Positions 59,694 to 64,000 of a DNA stretch of 64,000 bases are shown piece by piece. Numbering within the stretch: position 1 is the stretch's first letter; each line of letters opens with the position of its first letter. The notes under the pieces are model-generated. The model had not been told where the DNA came from and made no database searches. It saw only the letters and a list, made by a program, of their open reading frames with translations. The stretch is from Eledone cirrhosa (lineage: Eukaryota): the NCBI GenBank assembly GCA_964016885.1, contig OZ024752.1:24552001-24616000 (forward strand), in the 5' to 3' direction. The position numbers and the translations under genes were made by a program.

Positions 59694-59936
59694 ATATATA
59701 TATATATATATATATATAAACATATATATATATATATATAAACATATATATATATCGTTTCTGAATTTGTTTAGCAAGATTCTTTATCTGAAATCGTGTG
59801 TTGAAACCAATATTGTTATACTTTAATATTGTTATATTTTAATATTGTTATACTAATATATATATTTATATATATATATATTAGTATATATATTTATATA
59901 TATATATATTAGTATATATATATATATATATATATA

Positions 59937-59997
<61 letters not shown>

Positions 59998-60228
59998 ACA
60001 TATATATATATATATATATATATAAATAATATATATATATATATATATATATACTAATATATATATATATATATATATATATTAGTATAACAATATTAAA
60101 GTATAACAATATCGGTTTCAACACACGATTTCAGATAAAGAATCTTGCTAAACAAGTTCAGAAACGATATATATATATGTTTATATATATATATATATGT
60201 TTATATATATATATTTATATATATATAT

Positions 60229-60313
<85 letters not shown>

Positions 60314-60344
60314 TATATATATATATATGTTTATATATATATAT

Positions 60345-60379
<35 letters not shown>

Positions 60380-60423
60380 TATATATACATATATATATAT
60401 ATGTGGATATATATATATATGTT

Positions 60424-60558
<135 letters not shown>

Positions 60559-60581
60559 ATATATATATATATATGTTTATA

Positions 60582-60963
<382 letters not shown>

Positions 60964-61007
60964 AGAAAAAATTTACGAAATGGAAATGCGGGTATATAGA
61001 ATTTATT

Positions 61008-61124
61008 AGGTAACAATTGTTTCTATAGTGTATGAGTTACCTATACCTCGCTATTTGAATAATACACAAATATTATCAAAAATCGAAAGTACACTGTAAG
61101 CCAGCACACCATGTCATCAGACCT
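61008..61124 (-). ncRNA. Hammerhead ribozyme with 90-nt stem II (family E)
   Basis: AGGT-CTGATGA-CATGGTGTG..TACACTATA-GAAA-CAATTG-TT-ACCT. Confidence 0.75.
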
Positions 61125-61534
61125 TTGTATTAGAATGATATGAAAATATTTTATACACTAGATAAAAGATAAAGAAGGAGGTAGGAAGAGAAGGGGAAGA
61201 GGGAAGTGAGTAAGGTGGAGGGAGTCCTAGGGTTTAAGACTGTCAGACTAGTAGAGATTGTGAAGAGAGAATGTTTTGGCAGCAGTTAGCTTAATGAGGC
61301 GTGTTAAGGTTGGCTGGGAAGTAGATTCTTCTAGTGGTGTTGTTCGGACAAAATTTAGTTAGAGGGGTCAAAGTGGTACAATGTCACAGACAAGTTATTA
61401 GGGCTATTATAGTAGCAGGTTATTTCTAAAGGGGTCCAGAAAAACAGTGTTTAGTACTATTATTATAGAAAGCAATATCTAGTGTATAAACATATAAGAC
61501 AGAAATTTGCAAACGTTGGTGTAAAAAGGTAACA

Positions 61535-63819
61535 TTATATGCATTTAAAAAAAGAAAAAGTCGTTTTCAAACGATGGTTACAGTATAGAGAACGTTCAAT
61601 TTTGCTGTTCAAAAGTTTGTTTACCGACGTTAAAATGCAGTATATCTCTAAATTGCATAACTTGCAGAATCGATGATTTTGCTGATATGCAGGCGCAGCT
61701 GCAATAATTTGCCAATCAAGGGAGAACGCTTGTGATTGTTCCTTGGAAAGTTGCCAGGCTTTATCGGCGAGGGTTGTTACGGAGCGCATTTTCTCGTGCC
61801 TGATCGAAGATCGATGTTGGTATAGGCGAGCCTTGAAAGAAGTTGCGGTACATCCGACGTAATACCATTTGTTGGTCCTGGAATTTATTGTACACCGGTA
61901 GACAATATTGCGTGCTAGGCACTGGTTATTCAGTGGGCACGTACCTGGTTTGGTGCAGTTACAACTATTTTTATGTTTTGCAGTAGAATCCTGGATTGTT
62001 TGGTGGGGTTGTGGTTGCGTGTTAGTGCGTTGCATGTTGCTATGCTGGTGCGCTGAGTCATTAGGGATGTACTTATTCAGTATTGCTGAGTTGAGTTTTC
62101 TAATTAGTTGTTCTATGTTAGGTGCAGTGGAGTATGAGAGTCTAATGGTGCGCGAGTTAAAGATTTTATAGTATTTATGTGAAGTTGTAAAGTGTTTATT
62201 GATTAGTGTATAGAATTGTGAGATAATCTTAGTGCTAATAGAAGAATTGTACACGGGGTTATACCATATGTACTCTCTACGTCTGACTCTATTTGCTGGT
62301 TTGCACCTGTTAGTATGCCTATTGATGTGTATGTGTGGTGCAATACTAGTTCGACTTAGATGTGTTTTATTCATAGTACTTATGTGGTTATCGTCTAGAT
62401 ATTCAATTTTCTCGCAGTAACCAGCTTTTCTAAGTGCGTCATTATAATATTCAGCATGCTCGTTGAAGGTCTGCAAATTAGACGACAGTCGGGAGATCCT
62501 TATGGATATATTTTTAGGGATAGATTTAATAATGGAATGAGGATGGTTCGATTTTACATTAACGTACTTAAGATTTTCATTAAGTTTGTGAAATGGCTCT
62601 ATATTACCGTTATTAAGGTTGAAGGTGACATCCAAGAAGTTGACCACCTTAAGATTGTGTTCAAAGGTAATATTAAGCCCTAGTTCTAAGAAAAGTTTCC
62701 TAATGTTTTTACGTCGCCTTTCTAGGTTTTGTTTGTTCATATTCTTGACTAATAGAAGTGTATCGTCGCGGTATATTCCGCCGTGGAGGTCCGTAAATTC
62801 GCTCTGGAGTCTATGGGCTATATAGATCCCAACCAAATCCGTGACCTCCGCCGAATCATTAGAACCCATCGTAATGTCGAATTCCGAGGTTCTATCCCTG
62901 CGGACCCAATAACTATTTTCAAAGTGCACTACTGTGCGTCTAGCTTCAAGTATAATATTAATTTCCTCGTTTGTGAGGTCTGAGTTAGTCTTAGCGAAAG
63001 AGAGGGCCTTATGCAGGGTTTCGGGTGAAATAGAGGAATAGTATTCATCTATATCGAATTGAATAAAAGAAGATTTGTTTTTGTCCCTAATGTTATTGAA
63101 CCATCTTATTGCCTGGTGAGTATTACCCCATAATTTAATATCTACCTTAGCCTTAACATGGGGGATAATACGATCTAATATGTACTTACTAATCCTACCT
63201 ATATCGGACTTAGAAGGACATATTAATCTAATTTTAGGGTTAGTATCGAAGTTATCCTTATGGTCCTTCAGATTAAAAGTCGGTGTAGCTGGGGATAGGG
63301 GTACCGTTCTGTCGTCAATTTTCAGTTTCCTAACAATATCACATGCTGCGTTATTAATGTTGGTTAGTGTAGTTGCGTTTGTTTTTTGTATTTCCTATGT
63401 AATTCCTTACGTATAAAATTGTTATATGTTTCTACATCCAGGGTGTATAGATTCGAAGTTTTGTCTGCCTTTATGATAATTCCTTTGGTATTCCTTAGGT
63501 TGTTGAGGAGAGTTTTAATATCTCGTTGCAGTTCGTTTTTCCTTCCGTTTGCAAATTTGATTCCGGTTATCATTTTCATTAAGTCCTGTTCGAAAGAATC
63601 CAAAAGAGGGTTAGAGGGTGGGTTTTTGTAGGATTTGAAACCAAACTTCTCGTTGTTGGTGTCCGAAGTTTGTGTAATCCTTTTCCGATCGAAGTGGAAG
63701 GCCTTCCATCTAATCCGCCGAATAAATTCGTTGGTCCTTTGTATCATACCAAGAATGTAATCCTTTTTACCCTGAATAGGTATGTTTTTTAAGGACATAC
63801 CACAATGATGTTTTTCCAT
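61535..63819 (-). pseudogene. PLE RT-GIY-YIG ORF with a single -1 A at ~63385
   Basis: SLKNIP, RRIRWKAFHF, ADKTSNLY. Hand translation of 63382->62930 is open (NLKDHK, QFDIDEYY) and joins IYRDD, WYNP, CNC..CPL..CL, IVY..YVG, CKLC, CNH. Confidence 0.87.
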
Positions 63820-64000
63820 TTCAAAGACGCGGGTTGATAGGTTGCTCGACTGTAAAGGAGTGTGAAGAATTAGTTAATTTGTATTCCAATGTTACTAAGT
63901 AGTTGCATTGGATGGAGTCAACTGACGTCAGAGATTACTCAACGTATAATAAAGTGTGTTTTAAAATCCGGAGAAAATATGGAGAAAAAATTTACGAAAT

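Overview
This is eukaryotic, extremely AT-rich repetitive DNA with no recognisable host gene. The tRNA-derived SINE at 45019-45203 and the (TA)n/(CA)n load suggest an octopus or other cephalopod genome; this is recall-based inference, not a database hit. The window is a nest of retroelements joined to (TA)n tracts. It holds four families of Penelope-like elements of Naiad type (YRDD reverse transcriptase plus C-terminal GIY-YIG; two copies are one homopolymer indel from intact), a second PLE type (Nematis-like), an RTE-clade LINE and a SINE. Reading both strands by eye gives about 24 type I hammerhead ribozyme (HHR) motifs in more than ten sequence contexts. They include HHRs with 90-116 nt stem II hairpins, two U3-A8 core variants, back-to-back palindromic HHR pairs, a 485-bp HHR tandem array and a ~460-bp non-coding HHR family with greater-than-unit-length copies (retrozyme/circular-RNA-like). 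Together they suggest autonomous Naiad RTs plus non-coding self-cleaving passenger RNAs that all target (TA)n. Most ORFs in the supplied track are microsatellite translations. All ribozyme folds were done by hand and none is tested.
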